Assembly (NCBI RefSeq): GCF_001194135.2
Contig: NC_068983.1
Location: forward strand, 136,527,047 to 136,591,046
Source of the DNA: Octopus bimaculoides
Lineage: Eukaryota
Length of the DNA stretch: 64,000 nt
Reading direction: 5' to 3'
Positions within the stretch are counted from its first letter, which is position 1. Every line of letters starts with the position of its first letter. A program made the translations under genes and the position numbers. This document shows positions 36,477-50,214 of the stretch, in pieces. The notes beneath the pieces are model-generated. The model saw nothing but the letters and a program-made list of their open reading frames with translations. It was not told where the DNA came from and searched no databases.

Positions 36477-39390
36477 GGTTCTTTTCCCACCCAGTAATAT
36501 AATGGGGAGGAGGGAGGAAGAAATGAACAGAGACAAGCCAGAGACTCTCTTTAGTTTTATTGGGATAACACATCCTTTCTTATGCTGAGGAATGAACAGA
36601 CAATATAAGGTAGAGAGGAAACTATAGTCTTACTAGGGACACAACAACCTCTCTACTCGTAGTGCTGGTGCCATCATAAAATGTGTGCAGTTCACTCTGT
36701 AAAGTAGTTAGCAGTTAGAAGGGCATCTCACCATAGAAACCATGCTAAGGGATCTCAATTTCTGCACCTTCTCACAGTATCATCCCCCGCCCCCAAGCAA
36801 TGTCAAGTAGTAGCTATTATATCATGGAATTTTCTAGGGTCTTTTAGCCTATATCAAAGCATGCAGTTTTATGTGTCTTTGCCATGCTTCATGAAATAAT
36901 CACACTAAAACAAAGTAATTGCAATTGAGAATGATTTCACTTTCCACTACAGTTTCTTATCTGCTGCTTTCTTAATTTCAGTCACATGATAAAAGCATCA
37001 TTGACTTGTCTACATATCCATAATACAAGAATTCATTGTCCCTAAATTGATTCTCTAAGGTCTTCTTCTCAAGAGCCCACTTTTCATGGCATAGTCAGCT
37101 TAACATGCAACACCATTTTTTGTTCTGCCATAAGTTTGGGTATTATTTTTGCGATATGATTAAATTACACTAAATTCATACCTTGCAGCTGCAAGCACCA
37201 TCAAAAAATTTTGGTTTTTTTGTCCTGCACGGTCTTTTGTCATCTTATTGATTCTTTTCATATTGACACTATTGCCTTGTTAGTGCCCTGAGGAGTAAAG
37301 AGGATGTTCAGGATCTTTTTGTTGTTCTTTATCTCTTGTTCAGCCCTGTTTCACCAGACTCATGATCAAAGACATTCAAGCTGTTACCATTTTTTCCTCA
37401 GACATGTTATATGTAGAACTATATTATCCACTGTGTCCTCTTTTAAAATAGTATAATATGATTTAAAGGTGGTTTGGTTGTTATTTCTAGCAGGTTGGAT
37501 GATGACATAGAAGCTACCTCATTGCTGACTGACATTATCTTCAAGGGATTACTTACATGTTGCCTTGTGGCCATAAATTAATAACTCTTCCCCAATATAT
37601 GCTATTCTATATGTGTGTGTACAGTAGTATACATTGAAGAAGAATTGCTAATTTCTTAATTGTCATAAAGCAGACATACTTAATTAAAGACAAAATAAAG
37701 GGATATAGGCTTTTCAGTTTGCTTGTTATTGTGTATTTTTTCAATGATTTATTCATGTATTTATTTCTCCAAGAAATGTCTTTGCATACTTGCTTTCATA
37801 TCAGATGATAGAAGTCCAAGAATGTTTTACTGGTTGTTGTAAGTCCAGAACAGCAAGCAGTAATGTTTAACTATTTAACTGTTTCATTCTTTACTTTGTT
37901 CCACTTGTTGGCAGTGTAAATATCACAAAGTAAAACATGTGTTAGTTTTTAGTGTAACTAGATATTTGTATTTTTTTTTGTTTTTCATTTTTGTGGTTGT
38001 TGATAGTATGTTTCCCTTTTCTTACCTCCCACCAGCAATTTTGCACTAAACCACTTCTAAATGCTAGTCTTTTACACAAATAGAGTTGCATATTTTGTAT
38101 GGTATAATGAAGCAGGTAATCTTAGATCAAGGTGTCCAGTATTTTATCAACAAATCTATTGAATGATCTTTTTGTTGTATACAAGAGAAACATTGAGTGT
38201 ACATATATGTGTGAAGTGTAGTGGAGATTTGTTATATTTATGCCCTTCCATACTCTGTACTCTGATGACAACAAACAATAAAGCATAACCTGTTTATGCT
38301 AATTGTTTTAGGTACCTGTATGGTCACAAACAGACAGACACCATCTTAGCCCTCCCACTATTAAGCCAGCAGAACTTCCAAGAGGAAGAGAAGGCTTCAC
38401 CAATTGATACTCATTTTCAGCTACATAGTTTGAAATAATAAGAAATAAAGTACCTTGCTCAAGGAAACAACATAAGTTCTGTTCAGGAACAGAACTTATG
38501 ACCTTATGATCATAAGCTCAACACATCAAATATTAGATCATATGCCTAACAGCTTTAAAAACATTGCTCAGAATTTGGGATTGACTTGTAATCTTAATAT
38601 AAAAGTTAACTTTTCATTTCAGTTCCATCACTGATGTTTTTTTAGAAAGGCATAAATATCAATTACATTTTCTTCCCTGCATAGTTTTTGAGTTGATGTA
38701 AGAAATTATCACTGTCATTGTTATTTTCTTCTCGCTTGCAAAAATTCAGCTTTTAGCTTCTACTCAGTTGCTCAGCCCAACCAAAGCTATAACCTTTTGT
38801 TGCTATTCTAAAGTTCTAAGTTACTTTATTATGTTATTAGTATAGAGCGGAGACAGACTTCCAGAAAACTAATTCTGTATCAGTATAAATTTCCAGTTAT
38901 GATCATTTAACATATAGTAATTACTCACTAGTAAAGTCATGCATGTCATGAAATTCTATTCATCTTCCTCTAGAAATCTAAAACCTTGAACTTCTGTAAA
39001 ATAATCTCTATTTTCAATACAGTTATGTTTAAAAATGTAATAAAACCTAAAAGCACCATCATTTATCATGATTATAAATTAAACTTCCATTTTCCTATGC
39101 CAGCATAAGTTACATTTCTATTCAAAACTGCCTATCTCCACCTGTCCTTCTAATCATTTCATATGTGAGCCCAATTTCCTGGGATCAGATTCAATATATC
39201 AACAATAACTACATTTTAATTAATAACAAATGGTTTAACTCTCACTCTTTTTCAATTATATACAGAGAGATGTATTTGTAACATACGACCATTCACATGT
39301 ATATAAATAAATAGAAATATATAGATACATTAGTTACACATCTATGCAGATGTAAAGGTATTTATTAATAATATGCATACACACACATAA

Positions 39391-39469
<79 letters not shown>

Positions 39470-42400
39470 TGTCACACATCTATATATATGTATATTTATT
39501 AATAACACACATTACATCCATGCATGCACACGCATACACAACAGTCTATATTGCAATTACAGATTTATTACTCTGGCAGATTTTCAGGTAAAATAATGAT
39601 GCATAACTGGTGCAAACATCTGGTGAAAAGTGTAAGATCGCATGTGTTTATAGATAGACTAATATGGTGGTGTTGTTTCTATTACAACTGTCACTGCTGT
39701 TGTATATTCACTGATAATAGGTTGTGGCAGCATATTTCTAGTACAGATACCTATGGTGCAACACTATGTGTTTCTCAGCATCCTAATGTATGTGTGTTTG
39801 TGTTTGCACACATGTGTGCATGCATGCATGTCCTTCATTTTCATGACCAAATTCCATTTTCTTAAATATTTCTTTCAGTGCTAGCTTTCATCATGTATAT
39901 AAACAAACTATTTTAAGCAGTGGGTTTTCCTCAGGTATCCAGCAGTGTATCACTGCTTAGCCCATGAAAGTAATAATTTGAACATCTGTTTCAATTGAAT
40001 ATTATTCACTTTTCACTTGCTAATAAAAAGAAAATGAATGAAGAGAAATAGAAAGATTGGAAAATAAATCAATACAGACTCACTGAGGGGCCTCTATTGG
40101 TGGTTGATATAATTTTACACTTCTGTGTGGTGATTTAACACTATGGTGTCATTAAAACATAGTGTTGGTGTTGTAACAAAAGAACTGTGATCTTTGGATG
40201 CCTCACACTTGTGATTTATTGTTTTAGATTTACAGATCTAATGAGATAAACAGGTTTTTGTATTTCGTATTTGAATGGTTAAAGCCATTGGATTAGCCAG
40301 TCTCTTGCTTTAATGAAGATTACTAAGTACTTCACATGATCTTATAGGAAATTAAATTACATAATGTGATTATTAACTGATAGATACTTTCGTCTGTTTG
40401 GCAATGATTTTCTTTGGAAATTTTCTTCTGACAGCTATTTTACTACTCACAGATACTTAGTACTACTTCACTGATACTTATTTAAGCTTTGATATGTCAG
40501 ACAAGACATCTTTCAATGATAACAATGACTGAAATATTTGATTTCTTATACAAAGGTAAATGTTTGAATTTATATTGGCTCATAAGCCAATATAAAATAG
40601 AAGTGGTGGATTCTCAGTCTTATTGTTTATGATAAATACCTAGAAATAAGTCATAGCTTTAGCATTAACCTTTTGCTTTATTCACTTAAATGTCAACATT
40701 AAAATATATCTTGTCTTCCTTAGATATTACAAGTAGAATCCTCTTAAACATTAGCAAAAATTCAGGCAAATAATTCCAGTTAAAGAGTATCAGAATTAGG
40801 AAAATGTAAGTGAAAGAAGAATATGCAAAGATATTTAAGATTCTTTTTAATTATCAAACAAAAGTGAGAGCATGAATACCTAAGTGGATAAGTTACCCCA
40901 GATGATGGTTGGAGGGAATAGGTGTGGCAATTAGAATCTTGTAAATTATCTGAACTGTGACACTTGCCAAAACATGCACCAAGACAATGAAAAGTTGCCA
41001 ATTCACATTGTTGTTACAAGATACATTTGTAGGAAATGGTTTATTGCAGTAAACTATAACATTGCTGAGTTTCATTCAATGATAGTGCTGAATTCAATTC
41101 ATCTTGTGGTTATGGTTAGATGAGGTCTACTGCTCACACATTGATGGATACTGCTAATTCTAAAAAGAAGTCAGATAAGTGACTTACCCTTTGACAACAG
41201 ATATGGCAATGACATAAAGCAGTAACGAATATCTCAAACTAAAGATAGACTAACTGCCATCACTGTTGAAATAAGGGTTTGATTCTTTTAGATGGGTTTT
41301 GTTATTCATATATCATAAATATAGTGCATTTTTGTGTAGGTACAGGTTCTAATAAAACATTCTCATATTGAATTCAAAGGATCCACTTTTAATGCACAAG
41401 TATTCCTTGCATTAGCGTATTAGACTACTGCTGTATGTATGGGATAATATACCTATTACACACACAGAAATTCTACACTGAGTTAAAAAAGTAGGCACAG
41501 CTTCAAATATTAGTATGCTATGACCACTCAGCACCAATGCACTGCATCCTCTCTTCTACAACTACTACAGTCTGTTTTCTTCTGAAGTTGCTAACTTGCT
41601 ACTTCCTCCTCCCAAATGCATTTGATTCATCTGTCCTTCCTCTGATCATTGTTCTTAATGAGAAAAATACCTAGATACCATACTAATCATTTTTATAATC
41701 CTTCCTCCTCAGAATTTCAATCATTTTCCTCTTGCCCCCTCTCTTCCCTATACATTTCCTCACAAAATAGCTACCTTCAAAAGTTCAAGATGAACATCAG
41801 CCTTGTTATTCTCATAGTCTAGTCTTGGGCTGCTCACAAAAGTTATAAACACTCATCTTTTTACTTAGACTAAACAATAAACAAAGTAACTTAAAATTTC
41901 ACCAATTAGTGATAAACAATAGTTTTGTCTTGCTTTTGAAGCCTAATACATAGGATCAACTATTTTAAATAAGCACCAATAATATACTAGTATAAAGTCA
42001 GTCTACTCTGTCCAACCCTAAATTTAAAAAAAGTGAATTTGAGGAGGAAATTGTTGACAGGATTTTAGATCCTGTCAGCAATGACTTTGCCTGTCATTCT
42101 TTTGAAATGGATAATACAAGTACCAGTCATGTACTGTAGAAAATTCAATTGCTTGTTTACTCTCCCCTCTATAAACATATTGGTTATACATGAGTTAACT
42201 AGCTAATCCTTTCCAGACCACAGCAATACATAGGGTTAGTGCTCCACTCTAGATTCCTCAGCATTTGGCAAATGAGAGATAAATGTTTCCCTGGTTTTGA
42301 TGCTCAAATATTGCAGGTAGCTTTTCTCAGTTAACTTGGGCTAAACAGTAACACAATAATTAAGAACTAGGTTATACTCAACCATTCTGAGTCTATAAAC

Positions 42401-43434
42401 TTAGCTATCCATATTATTTTTATGCAATTATTCTTTGAATCATTATATTATCCAGAAAATAGCAAATGATAATTCCAACAAAGAAGCAAAGTTTGATAAA
42501 AATATATTTACAAAAGTAGTAATTTAAAGACATAAACATTGTCTCAAATTCATAGCTTTAAAATCTAGAAAACCTGAAACATTTATGCAGCTTCTTTGCA
42601 GATAAACTGGAGATTATGTAATTTGCTATCAGCTTTTATTTAGTGTTGGAGTTTTCAGTAAGTTATACTTAACTAATTAAGATCAGTATATACTAATTAA
42701 TTAATATTGATTTTGTTGTGAAATTTGGCTGTTAACCCATGAAAACATAGTGTGTTTGAGAGAGAAAAGTGAGGAAAGAAAATTGGTGTTAAATGACAAA
42801 TAATAAACAGTAGAAAAGTATAAGGACCACGATGACTGTTTGTGTTTGTATTTGCATGTATGTGTATGCAAATAAATGTATTTTGTGTGCAGATATATGT
42901 ATGACTTTAGGTTAGTTAAAAAATGTTTATCATATATTTTAACTTCTGAAGGCAAATTCATTGCATTTACCATTGAGAAAAATTCTCTCTTGTAAAAAAT
43001 GTAAAAATACCATATCTGCTCATCTTCCCCTAACAGACACCCAGATACATTTCTGGCTCTTTAGCTTTCATGGGTATGAGTCATTGAAGACAGATAACTC
43101 AGTCAGATTCTAAAACCATAGTTTTATCTTAAAACAGTCACTATCAGTGACTGATTTGCGTTCACAGACTGTCTGGACAGAATAAGTACAATAATATCAG
43201 CGCTACGCAGTGATGAAGAATAAACAAACTTTAAGTTAATTAAAATATGTTTGTGACATATTTCAACTTCTAAAGGCAAATTCACTGCAGTCGCCATGGA
43301 TGATAGAACTTCCTTGCTAATATGACAACTCTGTGAAAGGTTTACAACTAGTTCTGTAGGTGCATTTTTGTGTATTCAAATGAGCCTCTTCAGGCCCCCA
43401 GTTTTGGAGAGAGTATGTTCTTATATGAGTCTTG

Positions 43435-43690
43435 ATTTTATCTCCACTGTGTGACCATTCATGACTAATTAATCCAGCTTTCGGTAAGAATTGGCAGTTA
43501 CTGGGAATACATATGAATCCTCTCTCAAAACACCAGGCAGTTGTTCTTGCTTTTCAATAGCTCGTTTTATTTTTGCATGTTGAATTCTGTTCTGTTCAAA
43601 TGTTTCACAACCTTTCTTGATTGTACCATGCCACATATCACTTCTGGGGTTTATGCTATGGGCATAATCCTTGTGTCATCCATTCTAATT
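43435..43690 (-). mobile_element. Old RTE-BovB-like LINE 3' end
   Basis: Minus strand gives RSDMWHGTIKKGCETFEQNRIQHAKIKR and KAGLISHEWSH (terminal C2H2-like motif), with frameshifts. Confidence 0.6.
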
Positions 43691-43774
43691 AAATGACCCA
43701 TTTAGTGCATTTAATTCAAAATGATTTTTTTTTTTTTTTTTACAATGCTGGACATAAGTAGCATTTGCAAGAAC

Positions 43775-44044
43775 AATGATGTCAGCTTGCTTCCCAACCA
43801 CATGGTTCTGCATTCAGTCCCACTGCATGACACCTTGGGCAAGTGTCTTCAACTATAGCCTCAGGCCGACCATAGCCTTGTGAGTGGATGTGGTAGACAG
43901 AAACTGAAAGTAGCCCCTCGTATATGTGTGTGTGTGTGTTTGTGTATGTGTGTGTATCTCCCCCACCATCGATTTGTTCAACTAAAGGCGGTGCTTCAGT
44001 ATGGCCACAGTCAAATGACTGAAACAAATAAAAGAATAAAAGAA
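43775..44044 (+). mobile_element. CORE-like tRNA SINE with internal deletion
   Basis: CACCTTGGGCAAGTGTCTT core and tail ACTGAAACAAATAAAAGAATAAAAG. Lacks about 110 bp present in 49777-50162. Confidence 0.85.
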
Positions 44045-47000
44045 TCAAATGTTCTGCCATTTTATCCTTAATATGTGCCTTAAACAGTTCAAGTGGAATA
44101 TTGATTTCAAATTTTTGCACAAGGCCAGCAATTTCAGGGGAGGGAGTAAGTCAGTTACATTGTCCCCAGTGTTCAGTTGGTACTTATTCTATTGACCCTG
44201 AAAAGATGAAAGGCAAAGTTGACCTCAATGGAATTTGAATGCAGAATGTAAAGATGGACAAAATGTTGCTAAGCAATTTCCCAGTGTGTTAATGATTCTA
44301 CCAGTTTGCCACCTTGGTTTTGGTGGAATATTACAAATCATGCAATGTGATGGTGATAGGTGGTCCATGTTTCTGAAGCATACTATGAGACAGTTCTTTT
44401 ATTTTATATATATATATATATATNNNNNNNNNNNNNNNNNNNNNNNNNNNNATATGTGTGTGTGTGTATGTATATATATATATCTTATTGGCAGTCAACT
44501 TTAATGGTGGAAAGAAGTACCAGTGTCAGGGTTCATTAATTGACTTCCCTGTCTGTCTCACATCATTCAAACATCACTCATTCATCATTTACCAAATAAG
44601 GTTTCTGCTAGAGAGAACAGAAGGTGGACAGTGTTGTTTGCAAATTTTAATAATTTACATCATGTTAATGATGATGATAATTATGATAATGGTGATGGCT
44701 GTGGCAGCATTTATGATGTGCATAAGAACAGTACTGATCAGTAGCTGTCGTCTGCCAGCTCCTCCTGCAAGAAACCATCATCATCATCATCATCATCATA
44801 TCCTAGAAACATATCTTTTCTCCTTTTCCATCTCCTCCTCTTCACAACAATAGTTACAGTACTGGCAATGGTGAGGATGAGGACGATGAGGTGGATTGTC
44901 ATAGGTGTTTTGTGATGGTTGGTGTAGGCTTGATGGTAATGATATTGATGATGACATGAAAGAAAGCTGCTTGTGTCCATGTTGATAGTTGTGATACTTG
45001 TGGTGATGAAGAAACTGTTAATGATGATTTTGATGATTATGATAGTGATGCTGATGAGTGTAACGAAAACACTAATGTTTCATTATTGTTTGATCTCCCA
45101 TTTCCCAAGCTAACTGGTATTGAACAGAGCTCTGTCCTGCTTCAAACATCCAATGTTGCTTTTTTAAGAAAGTAGAAAGTAATTCAAGAGAGATTTGAAT
45201 GCTATTTCTATCAAGTTGAGCAACCATTTAGAGCAATAGTTCTTAATCAGGTTGGTAGTACCCCCTTGGTAAAATTCTAATTTCACAAGGAGGTAACAAA
45301 TATCAAGGAGTGGCCCTGAGTTTTTAGAGAGGTAATTTTACTTTGAAATAAGATATTTAAATCAGGTATATCATTGTTTTAAACAAATTTTCAAAAACAT
45401 ATTAGCCATGATCAGTGTATAAATAGGACATTGTGTTATCAGTGACCAGAAACATAACTGAGATGTACTAAGATTCAAGATGATCCACTAAGATAATTTC
45501 ATTAGGTCCTCTCTTTTTCTAGTAATTTCCATTAAAATATCACATAGAGGATGCTATTCCATATAAATGAGAACATATGGATAATAAACATTTGTGTAAA
45601 ATTAGCTTCTATTTCATTTTTTTCCCCTGCAAGACATGGTGAGAGGATAATGCAGTCTTATGTAGATGATGATTAAAAGCAAAATGGGTTGGTTGTGTCT
45701 GGAATGCCTTTGATTATATCTTCTTTCCCTTCTGTGGAGATATGTGGCTTAGTGGTTAGTGGTTTTTCTCCCCATTCTGACTCACTATATCTTATTTGCT
45801 GCACTTTTGCCTAATCCTTCTGTAAGTCTCTAGGGTTTCTTGAACAACCACCACCAATCCTACCAGTGCTGTGATTTCTACAATCAGACTGCAGCTGTTC
45901 AGAAATTCAAAATGAATATCAACTGCTTATACTTCTCCTTTCTTCATGTACGCATAGAGCTTTGGCTTTTGTGTCCCTTCTTTGGAAAACTGAAATAAAT
46001 AAATAAAAGAAATCTATTGCATTGTACAATTTTACAAAATGCAAATGTACATCCTCCTTAGCCTTCCTCCTTCCCCCTCTCATGTGTGTGTGTGTGTGTG
46101 TATGCATACCTACCTGTATACACACATTGTCTGAAACTAAATACTACTAAATCAGAAATAGTAGTTTTCTTCTTTAAACCTTGCTAGTTCATTATTAAAA
46201 TCAACCATCTTGTAAGCGCAAGTCTCTTTGTCATAAAAGCAGTTATTTCTTCTGTTATAATTACATTCATGTTTATGATGCTTTAAAGGAATATTAAACC
46301 AGCCCCCAGTTCTTGAATGAGACTTTATTTTATTGTACCTGGATGGACAAAAAATAGAACTGACTTGGCAGGCTTTGAACCCAGAACATAACGGGTCATA
46401 ACTAAATATCATTGGCATTTTGTCAAGTTCTTAGTCAAGCCAGTGCTTGGTACTGGACAAATGTATAGATCAATTAGTCATTCTTATTCTTCTCTGTATT
46501 AGAAATATCTGGAAATTCCGAGCCATTCATCAAACCAAATTTGTCAACTCCGTTGCAGTTCTAAAATACTATTATAATACCCTTTTTGTCTTTGTATCCT
46601 TCATAGTAGCACTGAAAGATAGAAAATCTTCATAACTATTATGTTCTTGCTATTGCACAAAAGATAGAAGTGCACCCTGTACAACTGTTTCTAATAGAGC
46701 AATGGCTATAATTGAATATGATTGTCCTGATTTATAAGAGTATTAATAATTCATTAGTTTCTTCTTATTTGGCTGACCACTTCCAATCTACACTCAAAAA
46801 CTACTCCAACATAGCCTATTAGCAACAGTCATGGGAAAATATATATATAGAACATATTTTAGTACCAAAATATGGATTGCACTGCCATTAGTTATTCAGA
46901 GATCTTTGACCATCTTTGACTTGAAGAACAGCCTTACATCTTTATTGAATTGGAATATTTTCTGAAATATGTGCAAGAGGGCAGTAATCTGATACCACTC

Positions 47001-47292
47001 CCAGATTGGTATAGAGTGCTGTCGCTTACTATAGAGGTTTCATCTGCATCCTCGTCACTGTTGCTGCCACTTATACATACACACATTAATGCTGATACTA
47101 TAACAGACATGCCTAGCATATCAACTACTCACTAACAAATGCAGACATATACGCTCTTGTTTATGCTCAGACTCTTTCTTTTTTGCACTTTCATTCTGAC
47201 ACACAAGCACATTCACACATTATAGTGCCACTACATCTCATGGTTGAATAGTAAATGGTCAGAAAGGACATTAAATTGTAAAGGTAGTCTTG

Positions 47293-47294
<2 letters not shown>

Positions 47295-47335
<41 letters not shown>

Positions 47336-47456
47336 NNNNNNNNNNNNNNNNNNNNNNNNNNNNNNNNNNNNNNNNNNNNNNNNNNNNNNNNNNNNNNNNN
47401 NNNNNNNNNNNNNNNNNNNNNNNNNNNNNNNNNNNNNNNNNNNNNNNNNNNNNNNN

Positions 47457-47492
<36 letters not shown>
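47295..47492. repeat. (CA)n microsatellite spanning a gap
   Basis: Direct reading. Similar tracts at 56671-56705 and 57156-57190. Confidence 0.95.
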
Positions 47493-47495
<3 letters not shown>

Positions 47496-47617
47496 ATTCA
47501 CTCAAATGAACATTTGTATGCACATACACAGATACTTATATATGAGTATGTATTTGTGAGGGTCTGTTTGTTGTCTCCAATTAGAAAGTTGGACATTATT
47601 TACATTACTTACATTTG

Positions 47618-47745
47618 CGGAAGTGATACCATATTGTTTTTGGTGAGAAACTCAGTGAGGAGAGCTTGGTGACAGGGTGCATTGTCATTGTAAAGAACCT
47701 AATTCTTTGTGCTCCACAAATCCAGTCACTTTCACCATATGTCTC
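47618..47745 (-). mobile_element. mariner transposase fragment
   Basis: Minus strand reads DLWSTKN*VLYNDNAPCHQALLTEFLTKNNMVSLP, matching the mariner (H)DNAPxH catalytic region. Confidence 0.7.
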
Positions 47746-49210
47746 TAATCCGTTCAGATGCGTCCACCAGACACATTCTTTCGCCATAGCCACAAGTACG
47801 ATGAAAATAGCTCTTCCTTCCTGTTTGAAAGAAGGCGTAACAGTATTGACGTTAGACTCGGCTGATAAGCTGACTCGTCTCACATGTGACAGCAGTCGTT
47901 CGACATAAGCTCACAGGTCAGAAATGGCTGGACACTCCACGAGTGTGTGCAGAACAGTTTCGTCGCTCTGACTGCATCTCGGGCAGGTCAGCTTGGTATT
48001 TTTCGAGCTGTGCCTGTAGAGCTTATCCCAAATGGGTAGTGCTTCTCGATAGCACTGCCAGGCCAGGGAGCTCTGGAAGTTGTCCATAGGTCCTGGCCCG
48101 AAAGTTGTCTTGAACAGTTGGGTTAGGTATTCCTCGTTGACGCCCAGGTTCGCCCCAAGATCATCGTCATACCTCCCCTCCACTAATTTCTTTGGTTGTA
48201 ATGCATTTGCTTAAGGTTGACCCGAGACAGCATAGTTGCTCGAGAGCAATGAGACACTCACTCATGATGGATACATTGTACGCATTCGCCACCGCCCGAC
48301 CTTTTAGGGACAGCTTCCTCTCGGCCCATTGCCAGGAGAGAGTGGCTACCCTACTCATTATCTCATCCCAGTTCTCTGTTTGGAGGTCCGGACCAAACCA
48401 GACCCCAAGCAACTTGACCGGCCCATCAGTCCAGCGTCCCACTACTGGGGTGCTGCTGGACGGCATGGGCTTGCTTCTCCAGGTGCCGAGCCACAAGCCC
48501 ACTGACTTTTTCCGGTTGATTTTTGCTCCCATCACCGCTTCATAGTCTTTCAGTGTCTTGCCGACCAGCTCGTTATGCCCGTGGCTAGACACCATGATGG
48601 TGACATCATCTGAGTATGTGGACATGCTTGTCCCACACCCCAGTTCTTGTAGGATGCCCCTCCACCACCTGGGCCTCTCGCATGACTCCAACACCTTCGT
48701 TTCTTAGAGCACGCATCCTAGCCCTGACAACGCACCCTTCATGTTTGGCATTGAAGTGTTGGTTGAGGGCCAACCTTGCCTTCAAAATCTCGGATGCAAT
48801 GCCACTTCTAATCGCCTCTTCTAACTTCTTAACTAGGTCACCCTCTATGTCTATCTATGGCTAGCGCTTTGCTATACCTAATCACTTTTGCTTTTATTGC
48901 TCTCTTGAGAGCAAACCACCATTTGTTGTTGATGATGGCTCCCGTCAAAGCCCTCTATATTAGCATACTAATTCAGTCTCTGAAAACCTGACTTGATGGG
49001 AAAGACACATTCAGCTTCCAGTAACCGGGGCCCTGCCTATGTGCCTTATCTAAGTCTAGTTTGTGATCCGTGTAGCTGACTTTGTGGAATTGTAGACATC
49101 CTAAGCTATCCCTATCTACTGTCCTACGCAGTATTCTATCTAGGCAGTGCATAGACTTATAGGAGTCAAAAACCATACCAATTGCTGCCGTTGACATCCA
49201 GGACAATCAG
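47745..49210 (-). mobile_element. Tx1/L1-clade LINE remnant, internally deleted
   Basis: APE end YTDHK..GPGYWKLN, linker WWFALKRAIKAKVIRYSK / EGCVVRARMR, RT YSDD..GAKINRKKS..VKLLGVWFG, zf-RVT CPRCSQSDETVLHTLVECP and C-terminal AMAKECVWW. Confidence 0.88.
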
Positions 49211-49250
49211 TCTATCCTACGAATATTGTCTTTACTTTGAGATCCAGACT

Positions 49251-49776
49251 CTCCCTCATTACCAACACATTCCAACTCCACCATCTCTACACATCCCATC
49301 CCACCCTTACCCATCCCTTAGACCCCACCCTTGCTTCCACCACTCTCACCTCCCCCACACCCCAAAACCACCACACTACCATACCACACCACATCACACC
49401 ACCCCACACAGACTAGCACTTACCACTTCCCAGCACCTACACATACACACACGCACACGTCAGTGTCACCCCCTTCCACATGTACATACACACGTGCACC
49501 TTCATTTTGGGATCCCCACTACTTTATTATCTCCCCTTCTTCATAGCTCTCCTGTGTGACCCCTCTATCTGCCATTCGCCATGATAGATCGCTAGCCACT
49601 ACACATTCTTTATTTTCTCTCCGTTTCTTTCTGTGTCCCTTTCTGTGGAAGAGCGTAGGCTTGAAACGTTAAAGACTTTTTCATTTCCCAAGCGTTAAAC
49701 TAATACATCTGTTTGTTGTCTACACCACCTGTTTTCGTCTTTTGTTTGTTTTTTTTGTGTGAATTCTATATTTATA
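49251..49776 (+). mobile_element. Solo 3' end / pLTR of a Neptune-type Penelope-like element
   Basis: Collinear match to 53395-53885. Confidence 0.85.
49639..49676 (+). ncRNA. Minimal hammerhead-like motif with variant core CUGUGGA (second copy 53771-53810)
   Basis: TTT-CTGTGGA-A-GAGC gtag GCTT-GAAA-CGT-T-AAAG. Palindromic ACGT stem III. Position 6 is U instead of A. Confidence 0.6.
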
Positions 49777-50162
49777 GGTGCAGGAGTGGCTGTGTGGAAA
49801 GTAGCTTGCTTACTAACCACTTGGTTCAGGGTTCAGTGCCACTGCGTGGCACCTTCGGCAAGTGTCTTCTACTATAGCCTTGGGCCGACTGAAGCCTTGT
49901 GAGTGGATTTGGCAGACAGAAACTGAAAGAAGCCCATCATGTATACATATGTGTGTGTGTCTGTGTTTGTCCCCCACCATCACTTGACAACCGATGCTGG
50001 TGTGTTTACGTCCCTGAAACATAGCAGTTTGGCAAAAGTGACTGATAGAATAAGTACTAGGCTTACAAAGAATGAGCCCTGGGGAAGATTTGTTCGACTA
50101 AAGGCGGTGCTCCAGCATGGCCGCAGTCAGATGACTGAAACAAATAAAAGTAAAAGGGAAAA
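49777..50162 (+). mobile_element. Full-length tRNA-derived CORE-like SINE
   Basis: A-box TGGCTGTGTGG, B-box GGTTCAGTGCC, core CACCTTCGGCAAGTGTCTT, internal (TG)n and an AAATAAAAG tail. Confidence 0.9.
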
Positions 50163-50164
50163 AG

Positions 50165-50214
<50 letters not shown>

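Noticed and set aside
49777-49850. tRNA-like A/B boxes (also 25574-25655)
   Set aside because: These are SINE heads; no cloverleaf, and they continue into SINE body.
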